From positions 864,001 to 928,000 of the forward strand of contig OZ241456.1 of NCBI GenBank assembly GCA_965200875.1: a stretch of 64,000 nt of DNA. The letters are read 5' to 3'. Origin of the DNA: Bdellovibrionales bacterium. GTDB taxonomy: Bacteria; Bdellovibrionota; Bdellovibrionia; Bdellovibrionales; UBA1609. The position numbers and the translations under genes were made by a program. The first letter of the stretch is position 1. Every line of letters starts with the position of its first letter. Shown here one piece after another: positions 21,233 through 31,485 of the stretch. Under the pieces are notes generated by a model that had not been told where the DNA came from, did not search any database, and worked only from the letters and a program-made list of their open reading frames with translations.

Positions 21233-22663
21233 ATGACTTCTTATGTTAATCTTCTATTTGAGAAAATCAATTCTTTTATAGCTCAAATCACTTTTTTTGA
21301 TATTTTGTTTTTCATAGAAAAAGTGGAGATTCCCTTTGTTGTAGGGCTTCTTTGCTTTTGTGCTTTGTACTTCACTTTGAAAATGCGTTTTATAAATATT
21401 CGTTTTTTCAAACACGCCATTGATTTGGTATTGGGCAAATACAGTGCCAAAGAAAAACCCGGAGAAATCAGCCACTTTAAAGCTTTAACAACAGCTCTTT
21501 CCGCGACAGTAGGATTGGGCAATATCGCTGGTGTGGCGGTGGCTATTTCTGTAGGAGGACCTGGAGCCACTTTTTGGATGATTGTTATGGGTATTTTAAG
21601 CATGAGCACTAAGTTTACGGAATGCACTTTAGGAGTGATGTACAGGGAAAAAAGAAAAGATGGTCGATTGATGGGTGGGCCTATGGAATATTTAAAAAAA
21701 GGTTTGAAGGATATAGGCTTTCCTCGTACCGGTGCTTTTTTGTCTATTGCTTTTTGTTTAATGTGTATTGGTGGTTCTTTTGGAGGGGGAACTGCTTTTC
21801 AGGTCAATCAATCCCTTACGGCTATTAGCCTCAGTGTGCCTTTTTTAGCAGATTATAATTGGGTTTATGGACTTATTATGGTTTTGCTGGTGGGAGTTGT
21901 TATTATTGGTGGCATTAAAAGGATAGCGTTGGTGGCCAGCCGGGTTGTTCCTTTTATGTGTGGAACTTATGTATTGATGGCTTGTTATATTCTTTTGGTT
22001 TCCTATCATAAAATTCCAGAGGCTTTTCTTACAATTTTACAAGGGGCTTTTACTCCTGAATCCGCTTATGGTGGTTTTTTGGGTGTTTTGGTGGTGGGTA
22101 TGAAAAGGGCTGTATTTTCCAATGAGGCAGGATTGGGTTCTGCTGCGATTGCTCACTCTGTGGCCAAGGTAAATCATCCCGTGGAAGAAGGTGCTGTAGC
22201 TCTATTGGAGCCTTTTATTGACACAGTTTTGGTTTGCACCATAACTGCCTTGGTGATTGTTATTACCGGAGCTTATGAGAACCCTGAGTATGTGGAATTA
22301 GTCAAACAACAAAAAGGAGCCGCCCTCACCAGCAGTGCCATGAGTGAAGTGGTAAGCTGGTTTCCATACATACTGAGTCTGGCTGTTTTTCTCTTTGCTT
22401 TTTCCACTATTATTTCTTGGTCTTATTATGGCGAAAGATGTTTTTCTTTTGTGTTTGGCGACAAGCGATCTTTAATTTATAAAATTCTCTTGCTGATTAT
22501 TGTTTTCTTGGGTTCCATTGCCACCTCCAAAAATATTATGGATTTTGGTGATTTGATGATTCTTGGCATGGCCTTTCCCAATTTGATTGGAGTTGTATGG
22601 CTCAGTAATAAGGTCAGGAAAAGCCTGAAGGAATATCAGAAAAAACGAAAAAACGAAAAATGA
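21233..22663 (+). CDS. Alanine/glycine:cation symporter (AgcS family)
   Basis: TVGLGNIAGVA, GGPGATFWM, GGPMEY, FSNEAGLGSA, WSYYGE. Confidence 0.95.
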   Translation: MTSYVNLLFEKINSFIAQITFFDILFFIEKVEIPFVVGLLCFCALYFTLKMRFINIRFFKHAIDLVLGKYSAKEKPGEISHFKALTTALSATVGLGNIAGVAVAISVGGPGATFWMIVMGILSMSTKFTECTLGVMYREKRKDGRLMGGPMEYLKKGLKDIGFPRTGAFLSIAFCLMCIGGSFGGGTAFQVNQSLTAISLSVPFLADYNWVYGLIMVLLVGVVIIGGIKRIALVASRVVPFMCGTYVLMACYILLVSYHKIPEAFLTILQGAFTPESAYGGFLGVLVVGMKRAVFSNEAGLGSAAIAHSVAKVNHPVEEGAVALLEPFIDTVLVCTITALVIVITGAYENPEYVELVKQQKGAALTSSAMSEVVSWFPYILSLAVFLFAFSTIISWSYYGERCFSFVFGDKRSLIYKILLLIIVFLGSIATSKNIMDFGDLMILGMAFPNLIGVVWLSNKVRKSLKEYQKKRKNEK

Positions 22664-23493
22664 AAATAAATATCATTACTCTATTTCCTGATTTTTTCAA
22701 ATCCCCTTTGGAAACTGGAGTGTTGGGGCGTGCTTTGCACACTGGTCTTATAAGCATTGGTTTCACAAACCCCAGAGATTTTGCTGAAGACAAATATCAG
22801 AGTGTGGATGACAGTCCCTTTGGCGGTGGGGACAGCATGGTGATGAAATATGAAACTTTGAAAAAATCTCTGGAATTTTTACACAACAAAAACCCGGAGA
22901 ATGCCAAAGGACACACTGTTTGTTTAAGCCCTCAAGGGGAAAAATGGGATTACAGGAAGGCACGGGCTTATGCGAAAAAAAAAGACGCATTGACCTTTAT
23001 ATGTGGTCGTTATGGAGGGATGGATCAGAGGTTTATTAACGAATATGTCACTCAGGAAATATCAGTGGGGGATTATGTTCTAACAGGAGGAGAGCCAGCA
23101 ATGTTGGTGATATTAGATTCCTTGTCCCGATTCATCAAAGGTACTTTGGGAAACAAATATTCCGCAGATGAGGAAAGCTTTGAGTGTCAGGGTTTGTTGG
23201 AAGCCCCTCAATGGACTAGGCCAAGGGAAATACTAGGTTATAAAATCCCGGAGGTGGTTTTTTCAGGTCATCATAAGGATATTAAACAATTTCGTTATTT
23301 TATGTCCATTTTTATAACAGCTCTGAAACGATCCGATTTATTGGCACTCAGTTCGGCTAAAAACGATTTGCCAAAAGCAATAAAAATGGTTCAGGCTTTT
23401 TCAAAAAAGGAATTGAAAGCCTGTGGAATCTGCAAAGAAGATTTATCAGCTGTTAAAAAATGGATATCCAAACAGGATATAACTCATTCTTGA
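22660..23493 (+). CDS. trmD: tRNA (guanine-N1)-methyltransferase
   Basis: VDDSPFGGG, LSPQG, CGRYGGMDQR, SVGDYVLTGGE. Confidence 0.96.
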   Translation: MKINIITLFPDFFKSPLETGVLGRALHTGLISIGFTNPRDFAEDKYQSVDDSPFGGGDSMVMKYETLKKSLEFLHNKNPENAKGHTVCLSPQGEKWDYRKARAYAKKKDALTFICGRYGGMDQRFINEYVTQEISVGDYVLTGGEPAMLVILDSLSRFIKGTLGNKYSADEESFECQGLLEAPQWTRPREILGYKIPEVVFSGHHKDIKQFRYFMSIFITALKRSDLLALSSAKNDLPKAIKMVQAFSKKELKACGICKEDLSAVKKWISKQDITHS

Positions 23494-23559
23494 CATAGAT
23501 TGGTTCAGGATGATAGAAATTTTATAAAACTGGAAAAACCTAAAATCAAAAGGTAAATA

Positions 23560-23922
23560 ATGGATATTGTGGATTCTTATGTAGCAAAAACTCAAAAACA
23601 TATAGATTTTCCAGCTCAAGTAGGGGACACCTTGGATGTATATGTTCGCTTCCAAGAAGCCGGCAAAGAACGGACACAAGTTTTCAGTGGAGTAGTTTTA
23701 AAAATTCAGGGTAAAAAAAGCTCTCGTTCTTTTACAGTAAGAAAAGTGTCAGATGGAGTGGGAGTGGAGAGAACTTTTCCCTTGGCCAGTCCGGCTGTAA
23801 AACAGGTGAAAGTGCTCTCAAAAGCTAAAGTTCGTCGCGCACGCCTGTTTTACTTGAGACAACGCAAAGGTCGTTCTGCCCGACTAAAAACAATAGCCCC
23901 TGTTTCCGCGAAAAAACAATAA
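23560..23922 (+). CDS. rplS: 50S ribosomal protein L19
   Basis: FTVRKVSDGVGVERTFP, KVRRARLFYLR. Confidence 0.97.
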   Translation: MDIVDSYVAKTQKHIDFPAQVGDTLDVYVRFQEAGKERTQVFSGVVLKIQGKKSSRSFTVRKVSDGVGVERTFPLASPAVKQVKVLSKAKVRRARLFYLRQRKGRSARLKTIAPVSAKKQ

Positions 23923-24025
23923 TAAATTGCAAGAAACATGTTTTCTGCTTGCGTTATTTTCCAAATTCTCCCCTATAGTGCCTTGACAATCTGCTTATAC
24001 GAAAATCCCTGTATTTTTAAAAAGA

Positions 24026-24355
24026 TTAAAACTCCAAATCAAAACTTTGCACATTTTCTTTTTGATCCACTATAGCCAGCTGAATCTGAACTGGCTTTTT
24101 ATTCTGTTCACAAAAAGCAGAAAAAGCTCGTGACAGTCTGCTTCTTTGGTATTTGCTTACAGGATATTCTCTTCTCCAGGAATTATCTGATTTTACTTCC
24201 ACCAACAGGAAGGCATTGGCATTTTCCAATATTAAATCAATTTCCACTCCGGCTATTTTCTGATTTTTGGCAATCAATTTCCAGCCTTTTTTTCGAAAAA
24301 ACTCCAAAGCTGTTTGTTCACAAAATTGCCCTTTTTTTAAATTTTCACTGGTCAT
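24026..24355 (-). CDS. YraN/UPF0102 family nuclease-like protein
   Basis: KGQFCE, EIDLI, VEVK. Confidence 0.8.
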   Translation of the reverse strand: MTSENLKKGQFCEQTALEFFRKKGWKLIAKNQKIAGVEIDLILENANAFLLVEVKSDNSWRREYPVSKYQRSRLSRAFSAFCEQNKKPVQIQLAIVDQKENVQSFDLEF

Positions 24356-24489
24356 ATTATTTTATAGGTTCTTTTAGTGGTCTTTGAGACTATGGAAGTT
24401 TTTAAGTAAAGTCAAAAATTTGTTATTGTCATTTGACTTTTTCCAGTTTTTGATGTCCACTCAGGTTTTTTACCCTTGGTAAGATCGAA

Positions 24490-24807
24490 ATGAGTAAAAT
24501 AAAAAACTTTCTTCTTGTTTTTTTACTTTTGTGTTTTTTTGTCGGTTCTGCTTTCTTTTTACCGCGTTGGTTGGTTGCCAGTTTTGGTGAATCACATTTT
24601 ATTTCCAGTTACCTGTATCTTTACATATCAGGCATACCTTTTTTTGTTTTAGGCTTATGGTTGTTAGTGCGCTCTAAGGCGATAAATTTTAAAATTTCAG
24701 GAGAAAAAATGTGGCTACTTTTTTTTGTTCTGAGTTTTGTTTGGAATGTAGTGCTTCACGGAGTATGGATTTTGTTAGCTGTTTTGTTTAAAACTGGAAC
24801 GGCTTAA
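24490..24807 (+). CDS. Hypothetical membrane protein
   Basis: 105 aa, three hydrophobic helices. Confidence 0.6.
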   Translation: MSKIKNFLLVFLLLCFFVGSAFFLPRWLVASFGESHFISSYLYLYISGIPFFVLGLWLLVRSKAINFKISGEKMWLLFFVLSFVWNVVLHGVWILLAVLFKTGTA

Positions 24808-25764
24808 TTCTTTTTGAGTGGAGGCAGACAAACCCCAGTGCTGAAACATTTTTTGATCCATTGGCAAATCAGGGTTGGAAGAAGTGAGAAGTTTTTCTCC
24901 GATAAAAATGGAATTTGCGCCTGCGAAAAAACAAAGAAATTGATCAGATTCTGCCATGCCTTCCCGCCCTGCGCTGAGACGAATCATGGACTTTGTCATA
25001 ATAATACGAGCTGTTGCAATAACCCGCACTACTTCCATAGTGGATACTGTTTTTTGACACGCTAAAGGAGTGCCGGGGATGGGAATAAGTTTATTAATTG
25101 TCACACTTTCCGGTTGTGGGTCAAAAACAGCCAGCTGATGTAAAAATTCTATTCTGTCTTGTGCTGATTCCCCCATGCCTAATATACCACCTGTGCAGAC
25201 AGTAAGCCCAGCCTCGCGAACATTTTTGATGGTTTGAATACGATCCTGGTATTTTCGTGTGGTGATGATATTGGGATAAAAGTTTTCGGAACAGTCTATA
25301 TTGTGGTTATAAGCATATAATCCTGCTTGCTTGAGTCTCTTAGCTTGTGATTTTGTGAGCATTCCTAAAGTGCAACATACTTCCATATCCATCTTGTGGA
25401 TAGTGGAGACCATTTCCAAAACACGATCAAAAAGAGGTCCATCTCTGACTTCCCGCCAAGCAGCTCCCATGCAAAAGCGAGTGGCTCCTTTGGCTTTCGC
25501 AGATTTGGCACTAGCAATAACCTTGTCCAGACTCATAAGTTTCTCTTTTTTTACACCAGTTTGATAGTGGGCGGATTGAGGACAGTAAGAGCAGTTTTCA
25601 GAACAGCCTCCAGTTTTTATGGAAAGAAGCATACTGGTTTGTATCTTATTGGGAACAAAGTTTTTGCGATGTATTGTGTGCGCTTTATATAATAAATCCG
25701 GTATAGAAAGCTGATAAATGCTTTTTATTTTTTCAACAGAAATGGTGGAAGGTGATAAGGACAT
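24775..25764 (-). CDS. bioB: Biotin synthase
   Basis: CSENCSYCPQS radical SAM motif, RFCMGAAWR, YNHN. Confidence 0.97.
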   Translation of the reverse strand: MSLSPSTISVEKIKSIYQLSIPDLLYKAHTIHRKNFVPNKIQTSMLLSIKTGGCSENCSYCPQSAHYQTGVKKEKLMSLDKVIASAKSAKAKGATRFCMGAAWREVRDGPLFDRVLEMVSTIHKMDMEVCCTLGMLTKSQAKRLKQAGLYAYNHNIDCSENFYPNIITTRKYQDRIQTIKNVREAGLTVCTGGILGMGESAQDRIEFLHQLAVFDPQPESVTINKLIPIPGTPLACQKTVSTMEVVRVIATARIIMTKSMIRLSAGREGMAESDQFLCFFAGANSIFIGEKLLTSSNPDLPMDQKMFQHWGLSASTQKELSRSSFKQNS

Positions 25765-25822
25765 AAAACAGCCTTTTTTTGCAGGATAGAAGTTAAATCA
25801 ACTTTGTCAACTGTTTTTTGAC

Positions 25823-25899
<77 letters not shown>

Positions 25900-26100
25900 A
25901 TAGCTTGTAAGTGGGAAAACATGTTTGTTTTCAGTGGACTGGAAAAAAGCTATTAACACAATGTTATTATTTTTTTATAATTTTATGGGAAATAATTGCA
26001 AGGAAAACTATTAAAATCTATTATTTTCCTGCAAAAATAAAGGATGTAAAGAGCTGTTTGTTCATATTAACCTCGAGCACAGTAACAGGAGAATGAAATA

Positions 26101-27126
26101 TTGTCTGGAAAACCTTTTTGTGGATTTTTACTAGGTCCAACGGCTGTTGGAAAAACAGCTCTGTCTTTTTATCTGGCCGAAAAATTATCCGTTACGGTTT
26201 TAAACAGTGACAGTATTCAAATGTACAAAGGGTTGGATATTGGTTCTGCAAAACCCAAGTTGTCATCCGGTATGTTTGTTTCAGATAAAATTCCGCAAAA
26301 AAATAAAGATCGACATATACCTCTTTTTGCGCACTCAGATAAAAACTCGAAAAAATATATCCCGTGTTTTTTGTTTGATGAATGGAAACCTCCTTTTATC
26401 TGTACAGCTGGAACCTTCAGAAAAAAAGCTCTTTCGGTTTTGAAACAGGAACTTTCTCACTCTTCTGTTTTAATTGTGGGAGGAAGCGGTTTTTATATTC
26501 AAGCTTTGGAAAAAGGTATGTATCCGATTAAAAACATAAAATTGGAAATCAGAGAAGAAGTAAAAAAAATATATAAAAAAAAAGGATTGGATCATTTGTA
26601 TAAATTGTTGGTTTTTTTGGATCCAAAGTATGCTCATCAGATATCTCCAAAAGATAAGTACAGGATTTTCCGGGGAATATGTATTATTCTTTCCGAGGAA
26701 AAGCCTGTATCTTTAATTCAGGGTTCTTTTCAGGAACAAAAATTCCCCTGGCCTTATGTAAAAATAGGATTGTATATGCCAAGAGAGATTTTAGTGAAAA
26801 GAGTACAGGAGAGGACAGAAAAAATGATTAAAGAAGGTTTAATAGAGGAGACTCAGGTGTTGTTAGGCAGAGGGTTTAAAGAATGGCCAGTGATGAAAAG
26901 CGTGGGGTATAAAGAGGCTATTTTATATTTGGAAAACCATATTTCCAAAGAGGAATTAAAAATCCGTATTATCCATCGCACAATGCGATTTGCGAAAAAG
27001 CAAATGTCTTGGTTTAAAAGAGATAGGAATATTCAGTGGTATTTATCTGAAGAAAAAAATTGGCGAAAAATTTATGATTTCCTTCTAGATTTTTCTTTTA
27101 GCGATGAATGTTCAAAAGTTTATTGA
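26101..27126 (+). CDS. miaA: tRNA dimethylallyltransferase
   Basis: GPTAVGKT, DSIQMYKGLDIGSAKP, VGGSGFY, FAKKQMSWF. Confidence 0.95.
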   Translation: MSGKPFCGFLLGPTAVGKTALSFYLAEKLSVTVLNSDSIQMYKGLDIGSAKPKLSSGMFVSDKIPQKNKDRHIPLFAHSDKNSKKYIPCFLFDEWKPPFICTAGTFRKKALSVLKQELSHSSVLIVGGSGFYIQALEKGMYPIKNIKLEIREEVKKIYKKKGLDHLYKLLVFLDPKYAHQISPKDKYRIFRGICIILSEEKPVSLIQGSFQEQKFPWPYVKIGLYMPREILVKRVQERTEKMIKEGLIEETQVLLGRGFKEWPVMKSVGYKEAILYLENHISKEELKIRIIHRTMRFAKKQMSWFKRDRNIQWYLSEEKNWRKIYDFLLDFSFSDECSKVY

Positions 27127-28027
27127 TAATGTGATTGCATCTTTGAATAGCAAGAGACATTTCTTTTATATCCTCATTTATACTTTTATCAGGATTTTGC
27201 ATTTGTAGATTTTGTAAAAGAGCTTGGATTCCCGCTATAGGGTTATTAAGCTCATGTGCGATACTGCTGGAAATGATACCCATTTCCGCTGATTTGGCAG
27301 ATTCTGCAATTTGATTTTCCACTTTTATTTGTTCTGTAATATCTCTCAGGATAACCAATATGACTTCTGTTTCTGTGTTTTGTAAAATTTTTTGGACAGA
27401 TATTTCAAAAGTCTCTTCGTTTCCGTTTGTAAGTCGCCGTTTTTTCCGTATTTTTTTTGTGTTTGATTGTTGTTTAAGGGAGGTTTCTTTTGTTCCAAAA
27501 AACACAGTTAAGTAATTTTTTTGTAAAAGCTCCGGTTTGGACATTTTGGTTTTTTCCCGGAAGGTTTTGTTTGTTCTTAATATATTTCCTTGTAAATTCG
27601 TCAAGCATATTGGTGTGGCAATGGTATCAAAAGCCAGCTCCCATTGTTCTTTGTTGCTCTTCAACTTTTTTTGTTGCTCTAGGCGAATAATAGCAGATTC
27701 AAGGGCCTTTCCGGTATTTTTTAAGAGCCATTTTTCTGTTTTTGAAATGCCCTGTTCTTTTTTAAACAAGATAAAATAAGTGTTGTTATTGTATGTGAAG
27801 GAATAGTTATAAATGTATTTTGAATTTTTTAGAGATGGCCTGCTGGATTGGAAAACAATGGAATCTACTTGACAAAAACCAAGCAGTTCTTTCTCAGCGA
27901 TAAGCTTTAATTCCTCTTCGGAGTTGCATAAGCCAATAGCCATTACAATTTTTTTTAAAGACACCAGCTGGGCTTTTTTTTTGATAAGTTCTTCCGCGCT
28001 CTCCGGTTTTTTGCGATTGTAAGGCAT
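27098..28027 (-). CDS. PAS + HisKA protein lacking the HATPase domain
   Basis: WELAFDTI PAS-like segment, LRDITE, H-box IAHELNNPIAGI; the protein ends after the dimerisation helices. Confidence 0.8.
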   Translation of the reverse strand: MPYNRKKPESAEELIKKKAQLVSLKKIVMAIGLCNSEEELKLIAEKELLGFCQVDSIVFQSSRPSLKNSKYIYNYSFTYNNNTYFILFKKEQGISKTEKWLLKNTGKALESAIIRLEQQKKLKSNKEQWELAFDTIATPICLTNLQGNILRTNKTFREKTKMSKPELLQKNYLTVFFGTKETSLKQQSNTKKIRKKRRLTNGNEETFEISVQKILQNTETEVILVILRDITEQIKVENQIAESAKSAEMGIISSSIAHELNNPIAGIQALLQNLQMQNPDKSINEDIKEMSLAIQRCNHIINKLLNIHR

Positions 28028-28231
28028 AGCTTTTTGAAATATATAATTTTCTCTCAGTTACAGCTGAATATAAGTGTAATGGAATCTTCCTTATAACAGA
28101 AAAGTTTTTTTACGATAAAAACAAAAGTCCAGAATTACCCCTTTACACCACCGGTTGTTTTTGAGGAGGTATTTACTGTTTGACGATTAAAATACTTGAC
28201 CTTTAAGACAGTCTTGGGGGAAAGTGCTTAA

Positions 28232-29614
28232 ATGGATCGAAAGTTTATTACTGCTGTTGTGTTGTCTGCGGGTAAAGGTAGCCGTATGGGTTCTTCTTTG
28301 CCGAAAAGTCTTCATCCTGTTGCTGGCCAGCCTATTTTGGCTCGTATATTGGCAACATTGAAAAGTGTGAAAGTGGATGAGATTCGCGTGGTTATCAATG
28401 AGGAGCAAAGACATCTCATTCAGCCTGTGGCAGAGGCTTTTAAATCGAAAGTATTTTTTCAAAATGAAAAACCGGGAACAGCTTCTGCGGTTATTAGCGC
28501 GGGGGTAAGTGAGTTAAAAGGCACAGTCTTGATTGTAAATGGTGATCATCCTTTGATTTTTGCTAAAGATTTGGAAAACCTTATCAAAGTTTTTACGGAG
28601 GAGTCGGCAGATCTTTTTGTAGGTTCTTGTGTGAAAAAAGTTCCGGGAGATTATGGGCGGATTATTCGTCAGGGAGAGAAAGTAATAGCTATTGCCGAAA
28701 AAGACTCTCTCACGCATGAATCAAAAAAAATTACGGAAATTAATACTGGTATTTACCTTATGAAAGCAGAATTATTAACGGAATGTCTTTCTCAAATTAA
28801 TAATCAAAATTCCAAGGGGGAGTATTATTTAACGGATGTAATTGCTGTATCCGTCACTAAAGGCAAAAAAGTAATGGCTTATCCTCTTTCGGAAGATTCT
28901 GCTTTTGGTGTAAATACACAAAGGGAATTGGCTTTTGCCACTAAAAAAATATTTACCAGAAAACTCAATTATCTAATGAACCAGGGAGTGATTATTGTGG
29001 ACCCTTTAAACACTTATATTGAGGAGACTGTGCAAATTGGGCAAGGAAGTGTTATTTACCCAGGGGTGTATTTGAAGGGAAAAACCAGTATAGGACCTTT
29101 TTGCGCTATAGAAACAAATAGTATGATTGCAGACAGCTTGGTTTGTGAGTTGACACTTATTCGTTCCGGTTCTTACCTTGAGTCCGTAGAAGTGGGGGCA
29201 AAATCTGTTATTGGCCCTTATGCTCGTTTAAGGCCCGGAACCAAAATAGGAGAACAGTGTAAAGTGGGCAATTTCGTGGAGATGAAAAAAACAAACTTTG
29301 GTTCACGCTCCAAAGCGGGACACTTAAGTTATTTAGGGGATGCAGAAGTGGGGGAGGATGTGAATATCGGATGTGGAACAGTTACCTGCAATTTGAATAT
29401 GGATGGCAATAAATATTCCACGCATATAGGGGACAAAGTATTTATTGGAAGTGGCACTCAACTTGTGGCGCCGGTAAAAATGGAAGATTGTTCTGCCACA
29501 GGAGCTGGTTCTGTTATTACACAGGATGTACCTGCACGGGCTTTGGCCTTGGAAAGAACTCCTCAAAAAAATATAGAAGATTATTTCCGCCAAAATAAAG
29601 AACCACAACGGTAA
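28232..29614 (+). CDS. glmU: Bifunctional GlmU
   Basis: LSAGKGSRMGSSLPK, EINTG, GEYYLTD, GPYARLRP, HLSYLGDA. Confidence 0.97.
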   Translation: MDRKFITAVVLSAGKGSRMGSSLPKSLHPVAGQPILARILATLKSVKVDEIRVVINEEQRHLIQPVAEAFKSKVFFQNEKPGTASAVISAGVSELKGTVLIVNGDHPLIFAKDLENLIKVFTEESADLFVGSCVKKVPGDYGRIIRQGEKVIAIAEKDSLTHESKKITEINTGIYLMKAELLTECLSQINNQNSKGEYYLTDVIAVSVTKGKKVMAYPLSEDSAFGVNTQRELAFATKKIFTRKLNYLMNQGVIIVDPLNTYIEETVQIGQGSVIYPGVYLKGKTSIGPFCAIETNSMIADSLVCELTLIRSGSYLESVEVGAKSVIGPYARLRPGTKIGEQCKVGNFVEMKKTNFGSRSKAGHLSYLGDAEVGEDVNIGCGTVTCNLNMDGNKYSTHIGDKVFIGSGTQLVAPVKMEDCSATGAGSVITQDVPARALALERTPQKNIEDYFRQNKEPQR

Positions 29615-29628
29615 TTTAGGGCTTAAAT

Positions 29629-29656
29629 TTGACTTTATATAACAATATGATAAAAT
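29629..29656 (+). promoter_or_regulatory. Putative sigma70 promoter
   Basis: TTGACT-N16-TAAAAT with extended TG. Confidence 0.5.
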
Positions 29657-29734
29657 GTGCGTTAGTCATGGTTTATACAGGCTGGTCGTATTATGATTTC
29701 TTAATAAGAAATACGATTAAGTTGGAAAGATAAA

Positions 29735-30472
29735 ATGAAGCTCACGAATTTTTTTTCATTCAGAGACAAAAAACGATTTCGGTTTTCTGGCTGGATAGCT
29801 ATGGTACTGATATCCGGTTTTTTGCCCCTTTATTCCGCTTTTGGATTTGTTTCTGGTTCGGATCGGTATGAATTGAGTATAGGAGGGGATTTTCCCTTTT
29901 ATGCTCCAGGTATGCACTTGAGGTATAATTGGAGTACACAGTATTACACAAAATTGGGAGCTGGGTTTGCTTTGGATTTTCTTATGAAAACCAATCAAAG
30001 CTTGTTAAATGAACTGGGGGTTTCCAGACATACCAGTTTATTGACTTCCGCTTTGGTTAACTCCGTTGTGTTTGATTTTCGCTTGGGTTGGTCAGTAAGC
30101 ATGTATGAAGGTCCTTATATAGAGTTGGGGTACGGTTTAATGCTTTGGGGAAAAGGAGAAGTAAAAGGGAAGGAAATCAATAGCGTCACCGGTGTTATCA
30201 ATCCGGCAGAAAAACTATCAGATGATATCACCCATCAGGTAAATATCATAAATCATGGGCCGTCTTTGCATATAGGTTATCGCTTTATTTTAATTGATAA
30301 ATTGACATTCAATATGGATGTGGGTGTTTATAAGCCTCTTTTTTCCAGAACAGAATTGGATTATGGTAATCAAACTTCTACACCTGCTGGTGCATCAGAG
30401 AAAATCAATGATTTGGTGATTAATGATCTGTGGTTTTTATCTTTGGGAGTATGGTTTGGTTTGAGCTTTTAA
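29735..30472 (+). CDS. Putative outer-membrane beta-barrel protein
   Basis: Signal peptide, amphipathic strands, C-terminal LGVWFGLSF. Confidence 0.7.
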   Translation: MKLTNFFSFRDKKRFRFSGWIAMVLISGFLPLYSAFGFVSGSDRYELSIGGDFPFYAPGMHLRYNWSTQYYTKLGAGFALDFLMKTNQSLLNELGVSRHTSLLTSALVNSVVFDFRLGWSVSMYEGPYIELGYGLMLWGKGEVKGKEINSVTGVINPAEKLSDDITHQVNIINHGPSLHIGYRFILIDKLTFNMDVGVYKPLFSRTELDYGNQTSTPAGASEKINDLVINDLWFLSLGVWFGLSF

Positions 30473-30491
30473 ATTGAGGAGGTTCAATAAA

Positions 30492-31475
30492 ATGAGAATT
30501 ATTAATATACTTTTTGCTTTTTTGCTTTTCTCAGCTTGTTCTGTTCATACAGTGACAAATAAAACAAATTTAGATTTTGAAATTAAAAAATCAGGAGGCG
30601 ATCAGCTTGCTTTAAGAGCCAATTCTTGTATTGAATTAAGTGAATATTTTATAGGATTAGGAGGAGACTTTCCTTTTGCCATAAGAATAATAGATGGAGG
30701 AAAATCATATAGTGAAGAACATAGTGCCGGTAATTATGAAATTACATCTACAGCGGATACTGAAAACCCCTCTCCCGCCACGGGTGAGCAATCGTTTAGT
30801 GTGTCTCTGAGTAGTAAAAATCTGTCGTGTGAAGGGGAAAAAGAAGAGGAAGAAGAGGGAAATATAAATGAGAAAATGGTTGCTGTATGTAATGAACAAC
30901 CTGCTGAGTGTGCACAAAGTGGCAAAGCTAAATGCAACAGTGAAAACGCTCCGGTTTGTGTGGATACAGAAAATAAAATTTTAAAGGACACAAGTCCTTC
31001 GTGTAAAGATTCATCCGTGGAAGTGACATGTAAGGAAAAATCAGACGAAAAACCCTTGCAACAAGATACTCAAACCCGGGTTTTTTGTCTTTCTGGTCAA
31101 GCGCAATGTTCTGGGGGAGCTGTGGTTTCCTGTATTAAAGAAAATGACCAATCTGTTCCTGTTCCGGCTTGTTTAATGGGTACTGAAAAGGTGGCTGATG
31201 TGGTTTGTGTGGATAGTAGCACAGAAGTACCTATTGAAGGCGGTACACCAAAATGCCTGCAACCTACAACAGTAACTCTTCCAGAAGGTGTTGTAAAGCC
31301 AGTATTATGTGGAAATTTGTCAATACAAGTACAATGTAGTAACAATGAGGGGACCCCGGTATGTGGACAAATTCCGGGAGATACTTCAGATCAACCTTAT
31401 TGTGTGAACCAAGACAATATTAGATGGTCCAGTTCTGTTGTTTGTTCTAATAGTAGTACTCCCACTTGCCCTTAG
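30492..31475 (+). CDS. Cys-rich lipoprotein
   Basis: SD GAGGAGG, lipobox FSAC, three degenerate Cys-rich modules. Confidence 0.75.
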   Translation: MRIINILFAFLLFSACSVHTVTNKTNLDFEIKKSGGDQLALRANSCIELSEYFIGLGGDFPFAIRIIDGGKSYSEEHSAGNYEITSTADTENPSPATGEQSFSVSLSSKNLSCEGEKEEEEEGNINEKMVAVCNEQPAECAQSGKAKCNSENAPVCVDTENKILKDTSPSCKDSSVEVTCKEKSDEKPLQQDTQTRVFCLSGQAQCSGGAVVSCIKENDQSVPVPACLMGTEKVADVVCVDSSTEVPIEGGTPKCLQPTTVTLPEGVVKPVLCGNLSIQVQCSNNEGTPVCGQIPGDTSDQPYCVNQDNIRWSSSVVCSNSSTPTCP

Positions 31476-31485
31476 TGTATTCTTT

